Notes: a model not told the origin generated them from the sequence alone. Counted from the first letter of the stretch, positions 1 through 12,275 are shown. The stretch is 64,000 nt of DNA from Octopus sinensis (GCF_006345805.1 NC_043023.1:9982001-10046000), one strand, 5' to 3'. Numbers and translations are program-made.

Positions 1-3000
1 TAGTAAAGAAATAGGTATTTCGTCTGCTGTTACGTTCTGAGTTCAAATTCCACCGAGGTCGACTTTGCCTTTCATCCTTTCGGGGTCGATAAATTAAGTA
101 CCGGTTACGCACTGCGATCGATATAATCGACTTAATCCGTGTGTCTGTCCTTGTTTGTCCCCTCTGTGTTTAGCCCCTTGTGGGTAGTAAAGAAATAGGT
201 ATTTCGTCTGCTGTTACGTTCTGAGTTCAAATTCCGCCGAGGTCGACTTTGCCTTTCATCCTTTCGGGGTCGATTAAATAACCACTGGTTCGATATAATC
301 GACTTAATCCGTGTGTCTGTCCTTGTTTGTCCCCTCCGTATTTAGCCCCTTGTGGGTAGTAAAGAAATAGGTATTTCGTCTGCTGTTACGTTCTGAGTTC
401 AAATTCCGCCGAGGTCGACTTTGCCTTTCATCCTTTCGGGGTCGATAATTAAGTACCGGTTACGCACTGGGATCGATATAATCGACTTAATCCGTTTATC
501 TGTCCTTGTTTGTCCCCTCTGTGTTTAGCACCTTGTGGGTAGTAAAGAAATAGGTATTTCGTCTGCTGTTACGTTCTGAGTTCAAATTCCGCTGAGGTCG
601 ACTTTGCCTTTCATCCTTTCGGGGTCGATTAAATAACCACTGGTTCGATATAATCGACTTAATCCGTGTGTCTGTCCTTGTTTGTCCCCTCTGTGTTTAG
701 CCCCTTGTGGGTAGTAAAGAAATAGGTATTTCGTCTGCTGTTACGTTCTGAGTTCAAATTCCGCTGAGGTCGACTTTGCCTTTCATCCTTTCGGGGTCGA
801 TTAAATAACCACTGGTTCGATATAATCGACTTAATCCGTGTGTCTGTCCTTGTTTGTCCCCTCTGTGTTTAGCCCCTTGTGGGTTAAAGAAATAGGTATT
901 TCGTCTGTCGTTACGTTCTGAGTTCAAATTCCGCTCAGGTCGACTTTGCCTTTCATCCTTTCGGGGTCGATTAAATAACCACTGGTTCGATATAATCGAC
1001 TTAATCCGTGTGTCTGTCCTTGTTTGTCCCCTCTGTGTTTAGCCCCTTGTGGGTAGTAAAGAAATAGGTATTTCGTCTGCTGTTACGTTCTGAGTTCAAA
1101 TTCCACCGAGGTCGACTTTGCCTTTCATCCTTTCGGGGTCGATAAATTAAGTACCGGTTACGCACTGGGATCGATATAATCGACTTAATCCGTGTGTCTG
1201 TCCTTGTTTGTCCCCTCTGTGTTTAGCCCCTTGTGGGTAGTAAAGAAATAGGTATTTCGTCTGCTGTTACGTTCTGAGTTCAAATTCCGCCGAGGTCGAC
1301 TTTGCCTTTCATCCTTTCGGGGTCGATTAAATAACCACTGGTTCGATATAATCGACTTAATCCGTGTGTCTGTCCTTGTTTGTCCCCTCCGTATTTAGCC
1401 CCTTGTGGGTAGTAAAGAAATAGGTATTTCGTCTGCTGTTACGTTCTGAGTTCAAATTCCGCCGAGGTCGACTTTGCCTTTCATCCTTTCGGGGTCGATA
1501 AATTAAGTACCGGTTACGCACTGGGATCGATATAATCGACTTAATCCGTTTATCTGTCCTTGTTTGTCCCCTCTGTGTTTAGCCCCTTGTGGGTAGTAAA
1601 GAAATAGGTATTTCGTCTGCTGTTACGTTCTGAGTTCAAATTCCGCTGAGGTCGACTTTGCCTTTCATCCTTTCGGGGTCGATTAAATAACCACTGGTTC
1701 GATATAATCGACTTAATCCGTGTGTCTGTCCTTGTTTGTCCCCTCTGTGTTTAGCCCCTTGTGGGTAGTAAAGAAATAGGTATTTCGTCTGCTGTTACGT
1801 TCTGAGTTCAAATTCCGCTGAGGTCGACTTTGCCTTTCATCCTTTCGGGGTCGATTAAATAACCACTGGTTCGATATAATCGACTTAATCCGTGTGTCTG
1901 TCCTTGTTTGTCCCCTCTGTGTTTAGCCCCTTGTGGGTAGTAAAGAAATAGGTATTTCGTCTGTTGTTACGTTCTGAGTTCAATTCCGCCGAGGTCGACT
2001 TTGCCTTTCATCCTTTCGGGGTCGATAAATTAAGTACCGGTTACGCACTGCGATCGATATAATCGACTTAATCCCGTTATCTGTCCTTGTTTGTCCCCTC
2101 TGTGTTTAGCACCTTGTGGGTAGTAAAGAAATAGGTATTTCGTCTGCTGTTACGTTCTGAGTTCAAATTCCGCTGAGGTCGACTTTGCCTTTCATCCTTT
2201 CGGGGTCGATTAAATAACCACTGGTTCGATATAATCGACTTAATCCGTGTGTCGTCCTTGTTTGTCCCCTCTGTGTTTAGCCCCTTGTGGGTAGTAAAGA
2301 AATAGGTATTTCGTCTGTTGTTACGTTCTGAGTTCAAATTCCGCCGAGGTCGACTTTGCCTTTCATCCTTTCGGGGTCGATAAATTAAGTACCGGTTACG
2401 CACTGGGATCGATATAATCGACTTAATCCCTTTGTCTGTCCTTGTTTGTCCCCTCTGTGTTTAGCCCCTTGTGGGTAGTAAAGAAATAGGTATTTCGTCT
2501 GCTGTTACGTTCTGAGTTCAAATTCCGCTGAGGTCGACGTTGCCTTTCATCCTTTCGGGGTCGATTAAATAACCACTGGTTCGATATAATCGACTTAATC
2601 CGTGTGTCTGTCCTTGTTTGTCCCCTCTGTGTTTAGCCCCTTGTGGTAGTAAAGAAATAGGTATTTCGTCTGCTGTTACGTTCTGAGTTCAAATTCCACC
2701 GAGGTCGACTTTGCCTTTCATCCTTTCGGGGTCGATAAATAAAGTACCAGTTTCCCACTGGAGTCGATGTAATCGACTTAATTCCTTTGTCTGCCCTTGT
2801 TTGTCCCCTCTACGTTTAGCCCCTTGTGGGCAGTAACGAAATAGGTATTTCGTCTGTCGTTACGTTCTGAGTTCAAATTCCGCTCAGGTCGACTTTGCCT
2901 TTCATCCTTTCGGGGTCGATTAAATAACCACTGGTTCGATATAATCGACTTAATCCGTGTGTCTGTCCTTGTTTGTCCCCTCTGTGTTTAGCCCCTTGTG

Positions 3001-5346
3001 GGTAGTAAAGAAATAGGTATTTCGTCTGCTGTTACGTTCTGAGTTCAAATTCCACCGAGGTCGACTTTGCCTTTCATCCTTTCGGGGTCGATAAATTAAG
3101 TACCGGTTACGCACTGCGATCGATATAATCGACTTAATCCGTGTGTCTGTCCTTGTTTGTCCCCTCTGTGTTTAGCCCCTTGTGGGTAGTAAAGAAATAG
3201 GTATTTCGTCTGCTGTTACGTTCTGAGTTCAAATTCCGCCGAGGTCGACTTTGCCTTTCATCCTTTCGGGGTCGATTAAATAACCACTGGTTCGATATAA
3301 TCGACTTAATCCGTGTGTCTGTCCTTGTTTGTCCCCTCCGTATTTAGCCCCTTGTGGGTAGTAAAGAAATAGGTATTTCGTCTGCTGTTACGTTCTGAGT
3401 TCAAATTCCGCCGAGGTCGACTTTGCCTTTCATCCTTTCGGGGTCGATAAATTAAGTACCGGTTACGCACTGGGATCGATATAATCGACTTAATCCGTTT
3501 ATCTGTCCTTGTTTGTCCCCTCTGTGTTTAGCACCTTGTGGGTAGTAAAGAAATAGGTATTTCGTCTGCTGTTACGTTCTGAGTTCAAATTCCGCTGAGG
3601 TCGACTTTGCCTTTCATCCTTTCGGGGTCGATTAAATAACCACTGGTTCGATATAATCGACTTAATCCGTGTGTCTGTCCTTGTTTGTCCCCTCTGTGTT
3701 TAGCCCCTTGTGGGTAGTAAAGAAATAGGTATTTCGTCTGCTGTTACGTTCTGAGTTCAAATTCCGCTGAGGTCGACTTTGCCTTCTCATCCTTTCGGGG
3801 TCGATTAATAACCACTGGTTCGATATAATCGACTTAATCCGTGTGTCTGTCCTTGTTTGTCCCCTCTGTGTTTAGCCCCTTGTGGGTAGTAAAGAAATAG
3901 GTATTTCGTCTGTTGTTACGTTCTGAGTTCAAATTCCGCCGAGGTCGACTTTGCCTTTCATCCTTTCGGGGTCGATAAATTAAGTACCGGTTACGCACTG
4001 GGATCGATATAATCGACTTAATCCGTTTATCTGTCCTTGTTTGTCCCCTCTGTGTTTAGCACCTTGTGGGTAGTAAAGAAATAGGTATTTCGTCTGCTGT
4101 TACGTTCTGAGTTCAAATTCCGCTGAGGTCGACTTTGCCTTTCATCCTTTCGGGGTCGATTAAATAACCACTGGTTCGATATAATCGACTTAATCCGTGT
4201 GTCTGTCCTTGTTTGTCCCCTCTGTGTTTAGCCCCTTGTGGGTAGTAAAGAAATAGGTATTTCGTCTGCTGTTACGTTCTGAGTTCAAATTCCGCCGAGG
4301 TCAACTTTGCCTTTCATCCATTCAGGGTCGATAAATTAAGTACCGATTACGCACTGGAGTCGATGTAATCGACTTAATCCGTTTGTCTATCCTTGTTTGT
4401 CCCCTCTATGTTTAGCCCCTTGTGGGTAGTAAAGAAATAGGTATTTCGTCTGTTGTTACGTTCTGAGTTCAAATTCCGCCGAGGTCGACTTTGCCTTTCA
4501 TCCTTTCGGGGTCGATAAATTAAGTACCGGTTACGCACTGGGATCGATATAATCGACTTAATCCGTGTGTCTGTCCTTGTTTGTCCCCTCTGTGTTTAGC
4601 ACCTTGTGGGTAGTAAGAAATAGGTATTATTTCGTCTGCTGTTACGTTCTGAGTTCAAATTCCACCAAGGTCGACTTTGCCTTTCATCCTTTCGGGGTCG
4701 ATTAAATAACCACTGGTTCGATATAATCGACTTAATCCGTGTGTCTGTCCTTGTTTGTCCCCTCTGTGTTTAGCCCCTTGTGGGTAGTAAAGAAATAGGT
4801 ATTTCGTCTGCTGTTACGTTCTGAGTTCAAATTCCACCGAGGTCGACTTTGCCTTTCATCCTTTCGGGGTCGATAAATTAAGTACCGGTTATGCACTGGA
4901 GTCGATGTAATCGACTTAATCCGTTTGTCTATCCTTGTTTGTCCCCTCTATGTTTAGCCCCTTGTGGGTAGTAAAGAAAGAGGTATTTCGTCTGCTGTTA
5001 CGTTCTGAGTTCAAATTCCACCGAGGTCGACTTTGCCTTTCATCCTTTCGGGGTCGATAAATTAAGTACTGGTTACGCACTGGAGTCGATGTAATTGACT
5101 TAATCCGTTTGTCTATCCTTGTTTGTCCCCTCTATGTTTAGCCCCTTGTGGGTAGTAAAGAAATAGGTATTTCGTCTGCTGTTACGTTCTGAGTTCAAAT
5201 TCTGCCGAGGTCGACTTTGCCCTTCATCCTTTCGGGGTCGATAAATTAAGTACCGTTATGCACTGGGATCGATAAAATCAACTTAATCCGTTTGTCTGTC
5301 CTTGTTTGTCCCCTCTGTGTTTAGCCCCTTGTGGTAGTAGAGAAAT
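1..5346 (+). repeat. Tandem array (~30 units, 172 and 184 bp variants) derived from the body of tRNA-derived SINE family 1
   Basis: Unit starts TAGTAAAGAAATAGG at 1, 185, 357, 540, 712... The unit equals the monomeric SINE at 62084-62305 minus its 5' A-box head and keeps the B-box-like GAGTTCAAATTCC. The array runs off the left edge. Confidence 0.95.
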
Positions 5347-5417
5347 ATATACTTTTCAGTTAAATAAATATATATACATATATAGGTGTGTGTGTGTAGT
5401 ATAAGATATGGGATTAT

Positions 5418-5492
5418 CACATAAATCTCCTTTAACAGATCTCACAGTAATCCAAAACGAAGAAGTGTAATGCAGAGTGTCTATGCATAATA
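5418..5492 (-). pseudogene. Degraded C2H2 finger remnant
   Basis: Minus strand reads H-S-A-L-H-FFVLDY-C-E-I-C-*-R-R-F: an H-x3-H end, a 6-aa linker and C-x2-C, with a stop. Confidence 0.4.
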
Positions 5493-5542
5493 TCCAGAGG
5501 ATCTATTTGATGAAATTATTTCATGAGGTGTATAAAAACCAT

Positions 5543-6155
5543 GTGGAGGCACATGGCCTAGTGGTTAGAGCAGCGGATTCGCGGTCGAGGGATCTGGGGT
5601 TCGAATCTCAGACCGGGTGATGAGTGTGTTTATGAGCGAAACACATAAGCTCCATGCGGCTCCGACAGAAGGTAATGGTGAACTTCTGCTGACTCTTTCG
5701 CCACAACTTTCTCTCGCTCTTTCCTCCGCCATCTTGCAGCTCACCTGTGACGGAGCAGCATCCCGTCCAGGTGGGGAACCTATATGCCAAGGAAACCGGG
5801 AAACCGGCCCTTATGAGCTAGGCATGGCTCGAGAAGGAACCTCCTACTCATAGATTATTTGTGGAGGCACATGGCCTAGTAGTTAAAGCAGCGGACTCAT
5901 GGTCGAGGGATAGAAGGTTCTAATCTCAGACCGGACGATGTGTGTTTATGAGTGAAACACCTAAGCTCCAAGTGGCTCCGGCAGAAGGTAATGGTGAACT
6001 TCTGCTGACTCTTTTGCCACAACTTTCTCTCACTCTTTCCTCCTCCATCTTGCAGCTCACCTGTGACGGAGCAGCATCCCGTCCAGGTGGGGAACCTATA
6101 TGCCAAGGAAACCGGCCTTTCTGAGCCAAGCATGGCTCGAGAAGGAACAAACAAT
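5543..6155 (+). mobile_element. Two tandem copies of tRNA-derived SINE family 3a
   Basis: Heads GTGGAGGCACATGGCCTAGTGGTTAGAGC...GGTTCGAATC (A/B boxes) at 5543 and 5861. Further copies at 45625-45920 (-) and 51715-51980 (-). Confidence 0.85.
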
Positions 6156-6368
6156 AAAAACCATAGAAAGTCATGAGGAAGGAGAGGTGAATGTATTTAT
6201 TTAACCACTTGACATCTTACGATGGATTACACTTGTTTCATAGCCTTTTTCATGTAGTAATAATTTCAGTCTGGAATAAAGTACATTTTACATATTTGCA
6301 TAAATATGCATTACACAATTGTATGTACATATAAGAATGCATCATCTATGTACCACCAAAATCAAATA

Positions 6369-7103
6369 CAGCTTGGACCAAAAGTCGTGCACCAAGGTTG
6401 AAATTCACATTATATACTTTTTTACTTTACATTTTTTGTTACTTTTTTTACTTGTTTCAGTCATTTGACTGCGGCCAAGCTGGAGCACTGCCTTTTAGTA
6501 GAGCAAATCGACCCCAGGTCTTATTCTTTGTAAGTCTATTACTTATTCTATCGGTCTCTTTTGCTGAACCGCTAAGTAACGGGGGCGTAAACACACCAGT
6601 ATCAGTTGTCAAGCGATGCTGGGAGGACAAACACAGACACACAAACATACATGCACACATATATATACACATATATATATATATATATATATACGACAGG
6701 CTTCTTTCAGTTTCCATCTACCAAATCCACTCACAAGGCTTTGGTCGGTCCAAGGCTATAGTAGAAGACACCTTCCCAAGGTGCCACGCAGTGGGACTGA
6801 ACTCAGAACTGTGTGGTTGGTAAGCAGGCTACTTACCACACAGCCACTCCTGCGCCTATGTATGTATATATATATATTATACATTTCAAAAACAACACTT
6901 TATAAAGAGACTCGCGGAAACTCAGGTTTCAAGTAAACAGAAAATCTGTAAAGCTTACTTCCGTTCATAGAGTATAAATGAAAAGTGGAATAAAATATTA
7001 CCTTAGAGAACAGTTGAATACTATCAACATGCTAATTAAAAATTACTTTATACTTAATTTTTAAATGTCATATGTTCTGGTGCATGACTTTTGGCCCACC
7101 CTG
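6369..7103. mobile_element. Tc1/mariner-type non-autonomous element interrupted by a SINE
   Basis: TA|CAGCTTGGACCAAAAGTCGTGCACC ... GGTGCATGACTTTTGGCCCACCCTG|TA: imperfect TIRs with TA flanks. Confidence 0.7.
6440..6857 (-). mobile_element. SINE family 2 (tRNA-like head, internal microsatellite)
   Basis: Reverse complement of the AGGCGCAGGAGTGGCTGTGTGGTAAG...GGTTCAGTCCC head, internal (TA)n/(CA)n, tail GACTGAAACAAGTAAAA. About 20 copies in the window. Confidence 0.9.
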
Positions 7104-7231
7104 TAATATCAGTAGTACCTTTTTTTTTATAACTGGTAATAGCTGAGATGGAAATAATATTCTGAAGGAATGGCTTTTTTTTTTTTTCCATTAAAACAAA
7201 ACCCAGAATAGTAAGCAATGTCGCCAAAGTA

Positions 7232-8422
7232 TTGGGTTGGCAACTAAATTCCCACCATTTTTTTAAATTTTGGAATTTATTGTTTTTAAATTCTGGAATC
7301 TATTTTTTGCAAGAATTCTATTTTTGAATCATTTTGGAATCTATTTTGCTTTCTTTCCCAGATTAATCTTAGTTAATTTTAGTTAATTTCAGATCATTAA
7401 AATGGAAAGTCAAGTTAAGAAAAACAAGCATTTTCGACACCTCCTTGTTTTTGCTTTTAATCAAGGTTCTAAGGCCACGAAAGCTGCTCACGACATTTTT
7501 GCTGTGTATGGAGAGGGTGCCATGGCTGAAAGAACCGCTCGTGATTGGTATGCCAAGTTCAAAAATGGAAATTTTGACCTCAAAGATGCACCTCGTTCTG
7601 GCCGTCCAGTTGGGTTCAACGAAGAGCAATTAAACCAACTTTTACATGAAAATTCTCATCAAATGACAAGGGAATTGGCAGAGAAAATGGAATGCTCCCA
7701 TACTGCTATAGAGAAGCATCTTCACTCGATGGGAAAGGTTCAGAAGTATGGAGCATGGTTTCTGCATGCTTTAAGTGACAACAACAAAAATCAACAAACC
7801 ACAATCTTCGCTTGTTTGCTTACTCGTCACCACTCAACTCATGGACACAAGCAATGATTTCTTTACCGAATATAGTTACTAGCGACAAAAAATGGTACCT
7901 GTACATCAATATGAAGCAGCGTAAGGAATGGCTTAGCCCCGGTAAACAGGCGACACTGCTCGTAAAACAAGATCTTCATCCGCATGAAACGATGTTGTGC
8001 ATATGGCGGGACTAGGAAGGGATTATCCATTACAAATTGCTTGAACGGAACCAAACGGTTAACACGGAACTCTATGTTCAACAGATGAAACGACCAAGGA
8101 AGCCATTCAAACACATGGTTGGAAAGTGCTGCCACACCCAACGTTCTCCTGATTTGGCACCAACGAATTTCCACCTCTTTCAAATGCTATGCACAGAGTT
8201 TCATTCAATTCTGATGCAGAATTGAGAGCTTGGTTGGATCAATTTTTCGAGTCGAAATCAGGTGATTTCTACCAACGAGGTATTGAAAATTTTGTTGAAC
8301 GTTGGGAAGAAGTTGTAAATAACAAGGGTGTATACATTATTGATTAATTAGTTGTTATTTTTTATTAAACTTTTAAAAAAATTAAATTTAAAAACACTGT
8401 GGGAACTTAGTTGCCAACCCAA
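7232..8422 (+). mobile_element. Mariner element with TIRs and TA TSD
   Basis: TA|TTGGGTTGGCAACTAAATTCCCAC ... GTGGGAACTTAGTTGCCAACCCAA|TA; transposase remnants inside. Confidence 0.95.
7402..8347 (+). pseudogene. Mariner transposase pseudogene (stops, frameshifts, internal deletion)
   Basis: HFRHLL...KDAPRSGRP HTH region; WFLHAL (WVPHEL motif); IVTSDKKW (IVTGDEKW); SPDLAPTN (YSPDLAPSD). The second-Asp HDNA segment is missing. Confidence 0.92.
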
Positions 8423-8461
8423 TAGATAATGATGTAGTTAGATAATTTATGTTAGCAAGTT

Positions 8462-8870
8462 AGGCGCAGGAGTGGCTGTGTGGTAAGTAGCTTGCTAACC
8501 AACCACATGGTTCCGGGTTCAGTCCCACTGCGTGGCATCTTGGGCAAGTGTCTTCTGCTATAGCCCCGGGCCGACCAATGCCTTGTGAGTGGATTTGGTA
8601 GACGGAAACTGAAAGAAGCCCGTCGTATATATGTGTGTATGTGTATGTGTTTGTGTGTGTGTGTTTGTACCCCTAGCATTGCTTGACAACCGATGCTGGT
8701 GTGTTTACGTCCCCGTCACTTAGCGGTTCGGCAAAACAGACCGATAGAATAAGTACTAGGCTTACAAAGAATAAGTCCCGGGGTCGATTTGCTCGCTTAA
8801 AGGCGGTGCTCCAGCATGGCCGCAGTCAAATGACTGAAACAAGTAAAAGAGTAAAAGAGAGTAAGAGTAA
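8462..8870 (+). mobile_element. SINE family 2, full length
   Basis: Head AGGCGCAGGAGTGGCTGTGTGG, CTTGGGCAAGTG core-like motif, microsatellite, tail GTAAAAGAG. Confidence 0.9.
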
Positions 8871-8929
8871 GTTGTCATTACACACTGTTATGTCTTTTTT
8901 TCCCCTCTGTGGAAGCATTTAATTTTATA

Positions 8930-9319
8930 CTAGCAGTATCGCCTGGCGTTGCTCAGGTTTGTTTCGACCCTTTAGAATTGGAATTTTTGAAAAGTAAATA
9001 TTTTGCATTATGTAGATTGTTATTCTCTTTAAGTGAACATTTTTCTGGTTGAAATACACCGAAAAATGATGACACAACAGTAAAAAAAGCGTAAAAAAAA
9101 GGGATTTTCATAGAAAAAAAGCACCTTTTTGATGTAAATAATTTTTGGTGTTAACATGGTCCGATTAAAATTTTTTCTTCTACGGAATGAAAAGCAAGCC
9201 TTCTTCTATCATACTCTCAATTTTGGTCAACTTGCACCGCAGGGTCTCGGAGGAGATAGTGTTAGTTGAAGGCTACCAAACCTGCTATACACAGACAACT
9301 TCAGCTTTATATGTAGAGA
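8930..9319 (-). mobile_element. Non-autonomous Helitron-like element
   Basis: On minus: A|TC start, 3' GAGCAACGCCAGGCGATACTG-CTAG|T end, no TSD. A related 3'-truncated copy lies at ~55940-56310 (+). Confidence 0.7.
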
Positions 9320-9629
9320 TAAGACATTTCTTTCAAAAAATTACTTTCAATATTGATACAATCAATCATCATCATTTAACATCCGCCTCCATTGCTGGCA
9401 TGGGTTGGACAGTTTGACAGGAGCTGGCCAGGAGGAAGACTGCACCTGACTACTGTGTCTGTTTTGGCATGGTTTTTACACCTGGATGCCCTTCTGTAAA
9501 AACCATGCCTAAACTGACCTCACCTGTGCCGGTACTACATAAAAAACACTCAGGGTGGGCTTAGGAAGGGCATCCAACTATAAAAACCATGGCAAAACAA
9601 ACACACAGGTGTGGTACAGTCTTCTGCCT

Positions 9630-9707
9630 GGTTTCATCACAATGATATGGTTTCTCACCTGTATGAATATTTACATGTCACTCTTCTGTATAATTATGTA
9701 TGTGGAT
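9630..9707 (-). pseudogene. Detached degenerate tail of the 10572-11939 finger array
   Basis: Minus strand reads ...IHIHNYTEE and ...[16 protein letters not shown]. It is separated from the CDS by SINE insertions. Confidence 0.65.
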
Positions 9708-9709
9708 AT

Positions 9710-10514
9710 ATCTCTTTACTGCCCACAAGGGGCTAAACATAGAGGGGACAAACAAAGACAGACAAAGGGATTAAGTCGATTACATCGATCCCAGTAAGAA
9801 ACTGGTACTTTATTTATCGACCCTGAAAGGATGAAAGACAAAGTCGACCTCGGCGGAATTTGAACTCAGAACGTAGCGACAGGCGAAATACCACTGAGCA
9901 TCTCGCCCGGTGCGCTAATGTTTCTGCCAACTCACTGCCCTGCTTATTCTTTATTCTACAATATTCAATGCATGCATCAGTCTAGCGAGCTTGCAGAAAC
10001 CGTTAGTACGCTGGTTCAAGTGCTTAGTGGATTTTGTCTGTCTTCACGTTCTAATTCCGCGGAGGTCGACTTTGCTTATATAATTATGCATGTGGATTAT
10101 ATCTCTTTACTGCCCACAAGGGGCTAAACATAGAGGGGACAAACAAGGACAGACAAACGGATTAAGTCGATTACATCGACCCCAGTGCGTAACTGGTACT
10201 TGATTTATCGACCCCGAAAGGATGAAAGGCAAAGTCGACCTCGGCGGAATTTGAACTCAAAACATAAAGGTAGACGAAATACCTATCTCTTTACTGCCCA
10301 CAAGGGGCTAAACATAGAGGGGACAAACAAGGACAGACAAAGGGATTAAGTCGATTACATCGACCCCAGAGCGTAACTGGTACTTGATTTATCGACCCCG
10401 AAAGGATGAAAGGCAAAGTCGACCTCGGCGAAATTTGAACTCAGAACGTAGCGACAGGCGAAATACCGCTGAGCATTACGCCCGGTGTGCTAACGTTTCT
10501 GCCAGCTCGCCGCC
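9710..10514 (-). mobile_element. SINE family 1: a monomer (9710-9948) and a head+dimer (10098-10514)
   Basis: Heads GGCGGCGAGCTGGCAGAAACGTTAGC on minus. The dimer is flanked by AATTATG(C/T)A(T)TGTGGAT at 10082-10097 and 10515-10531. Confidence 0.9.
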
Positions 10515-10571
10515 AATTATGTATTGTGGATAGTAGGTTGTTGCTTTTGAGAGGATAATATACCACAGTTA

Positions 10572-11939
10572 TCAGTCACAAGGTTTATCCTCTGTATGAA
10601 TGAGTCTGTGTTTCGTTAAGAGACCTATTTGAGGGAATGACTCACCACAGGTACCACAGTGATGTGGTTTCTCTCCTGTATGAATGAGTTTGTGAGTAGC
10701 TAGGTGATCGACTTGGGAGAATGACTTATCACAGATATCACAGTGATGTGGTCTCTCTTCTGTATGAATGCGTTTGTGTCTAGTCAGCCCACTGCTTCCA
10801 GAGAAAGATTTACCACAGATATCACAGTGATATGGTTTATCTCCTGTATAAAGACGTTTATGCATAGTTAAGTTGTCCGTACGAGAGAAGGATTTATCAT
10901 TCACATCACAGTGATATGGTTTCTCTTCTGTATGAATATAAACATGTATAGTCAGATTATCATTCTCAGGGAATGGTTGCTCAGAGGTATCACACTGATG
11001 TGGTTTCTCTCCCGAATGAATACGTTTATGCGTAGTTAAGTTACCCTTATGAGAGAAATATTTACCACAGATCTCACAACGATAAGGTTTTTCTCCTGTA
11101 TGAATGCGTTTGTGTGTAGTTAAGATACCATTCTGAGAAAATGATTTCCCACAGACATCACAATGAAATGGTTTCTCCCCTGTATGAATGGATTTGTGTC
11201 TAATTAAGTGGCTTCCGACAGAGAATGATTTCCCACAGATATTGCAATCATATGGTTTTTCCCCTGTATGAATGTGTTTGTGTTCAGTCAGGCTGTTCCT
11301 TTGAGAGAATGATTTACCACAGATATCACAGAGAAACGGCTTCTCTCCAGTATGAATATGCTTGTGAATTATTAAGCTTTCTTTCTGGGAGAAAGACTTA
11401 CCACAGATATCACAAGGGTACGGTCTCTCTCCTGTATGAATACGTTTGTGTATAGCTAAGTTGCCGTGGCCTGAAAACGATTTATCACAGATGTCACAGT
11501 GATACGGTTTGTCTCCTGTATGAATTCGTTTATGTATTGTTAAGCCACCTGTCTCTGAGAATGATTTATCACAGATATCACAGCGATATGGTTTCTCTCC
11601 TGTATGAATGCGTTTGTGTATAGTCAAGCTGCCTTTCTGAGAAAACGATTTACCACAGACATCACAGTGATATGGTTTCTCTCCTGTATGAATATATTTG
11701 TGAATATTGAAGTTACCCTTTTGAGAAAACGATTTTCCACAGATATCACAGTGATATGGCTTCTGTCCTGTATGAATGTATTTGTGTGTATTCAGGTTAC
11801 CTTTTTGAGAAAATGACTTTCCACAGATATCACAAAAGTACAGCGGTTTTCCTATATCTTTTGGTATTTCATCAAGAGACTCATTGCCGTCAAACTGTGA
11901 TTCACACTTAATATTGTCAACACACAATTTGTTTTCCAT
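10572..11939 (-). CDS. C2H2 zinc-finger protein, 455 aa from MENKLC, 15 fingers (13 intact, 2 degenerate)
   Basis: The ORF track starts at a TTG (11990). The ATG at 11939 matches the MEN- start of the paralogs. Repeated C-x2-C-x12-H-x3-H with TGEKPY linkers. Confidence 0.93.
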   Translation of the reverse strand: MENKLCVDNIKCESQFDGNESLDEIPKDIGKPLYFCDICGKSFSQKGNLNTHKYIHTGQKPYHCDICGKSFSQKGNFNIHKYIHTGEKPYHCDVCGKSFSQKGSLTIHKRIHTGEKPYRCDICDKSFSETGGLTIHKRIHTGDKPYHCDICDKSFSGHGNLAIHKRIHTGERPYPCDICGKSFSQKESLIIHKHIHTGEKPFLCDICGKSFSQRNSLTEHKHIHTGEKPYDCNICGKSFSVGSHLIRHKSIHTGEKPFHCDVCGKSFSQNGILTTHKRIHTGEKPYRCEICGKYFSHKGNLTTHKRIHSGEKPHQCDTSEQPFPENDNLTIHVYIHTEEKPYHCDVNDKSFSRTDNLTMHKRLYTGDKPYHCDICGKSFSGSSGLTRHKRIHTEERPHHCDICDKSFSQVDHLATHKLIHTGEKPHHCGTCGESFPQIGLLTKHRLIHTEDKPCD

Positions 11940-12252
11940 AATTTTTCTGATATTTTTCTTCCTTATGTTCATAAACTTTATTCCTAACAAATATTTGCTT
12001 TATTATATCTCCATCAATTGTGAACAAAGTCAGCATCTGAAAATGCTGCAAACCTCTTTGTAATCCAAGTTTATATATCCCAGGCATTGAAGTAACAACA
12101 TTTTGTTAATAATCTCAGCCAGAGAAAGCAGTTCACAGTAGTCTCTCTCACAGAGATTTATAGAAACAGGATTATATCCATTTCTTTAATCTTGGTAAAT
12201 GATGGCAAATCCATGGTTAAAACACTCTGTAAATTCTGATGACATTTGGTAT

Positions 12253-12275
12253 TCTGAAATAAGAGAGAAACAATA
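12253..12275 (-). promoter_or_regulatory. Splice acceptor of the ZNF coding exon
   Basis: Minus strand TTTCTCTCTTATTTCAG|AATACC, homologous to acceptors at 19323, 29343, 46139, 58064 and 63804. Confidence 0.7.

Noticed and set aside
1-184. Self-cleaving ribozyme in the SINE-1 tandem unit (retrozyme hypothesis)
   Set aside because: Hairpins are present, but I found no CUGANGA/GAAA hammerhead core on either strand. Other ribozyme classes would need a covariance search.
2077-2403. 108-aa ORF and similar ORFs (16848-17141, 62026-62229)
   Set aside because: They are antisense translations of SINE-1 units.
1-5346. CRISPR-like appearance of regular repeats
   Set aside because: Units are wholly repeated with no unique spacers, there are no cas genes, the context is eukaryotic, and the unit matches a SINE body.
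5543-5620. tRNA gene-like heads here and at 62084, 55519, 8462
   Set aside because: A/B boxes are present, but there is no complete cloverleaf and each continues into a SINE body. These are SINE heads, not tRNA genes.
11939-12253. Upstream KRAB/SCAN/BTB/ZAD coding exon for the ZNFs
   Set aside because: No such motif in any ORF. The upstream conserved blocks lack a conserved open frame and the ATG context is conserved at MEN-.
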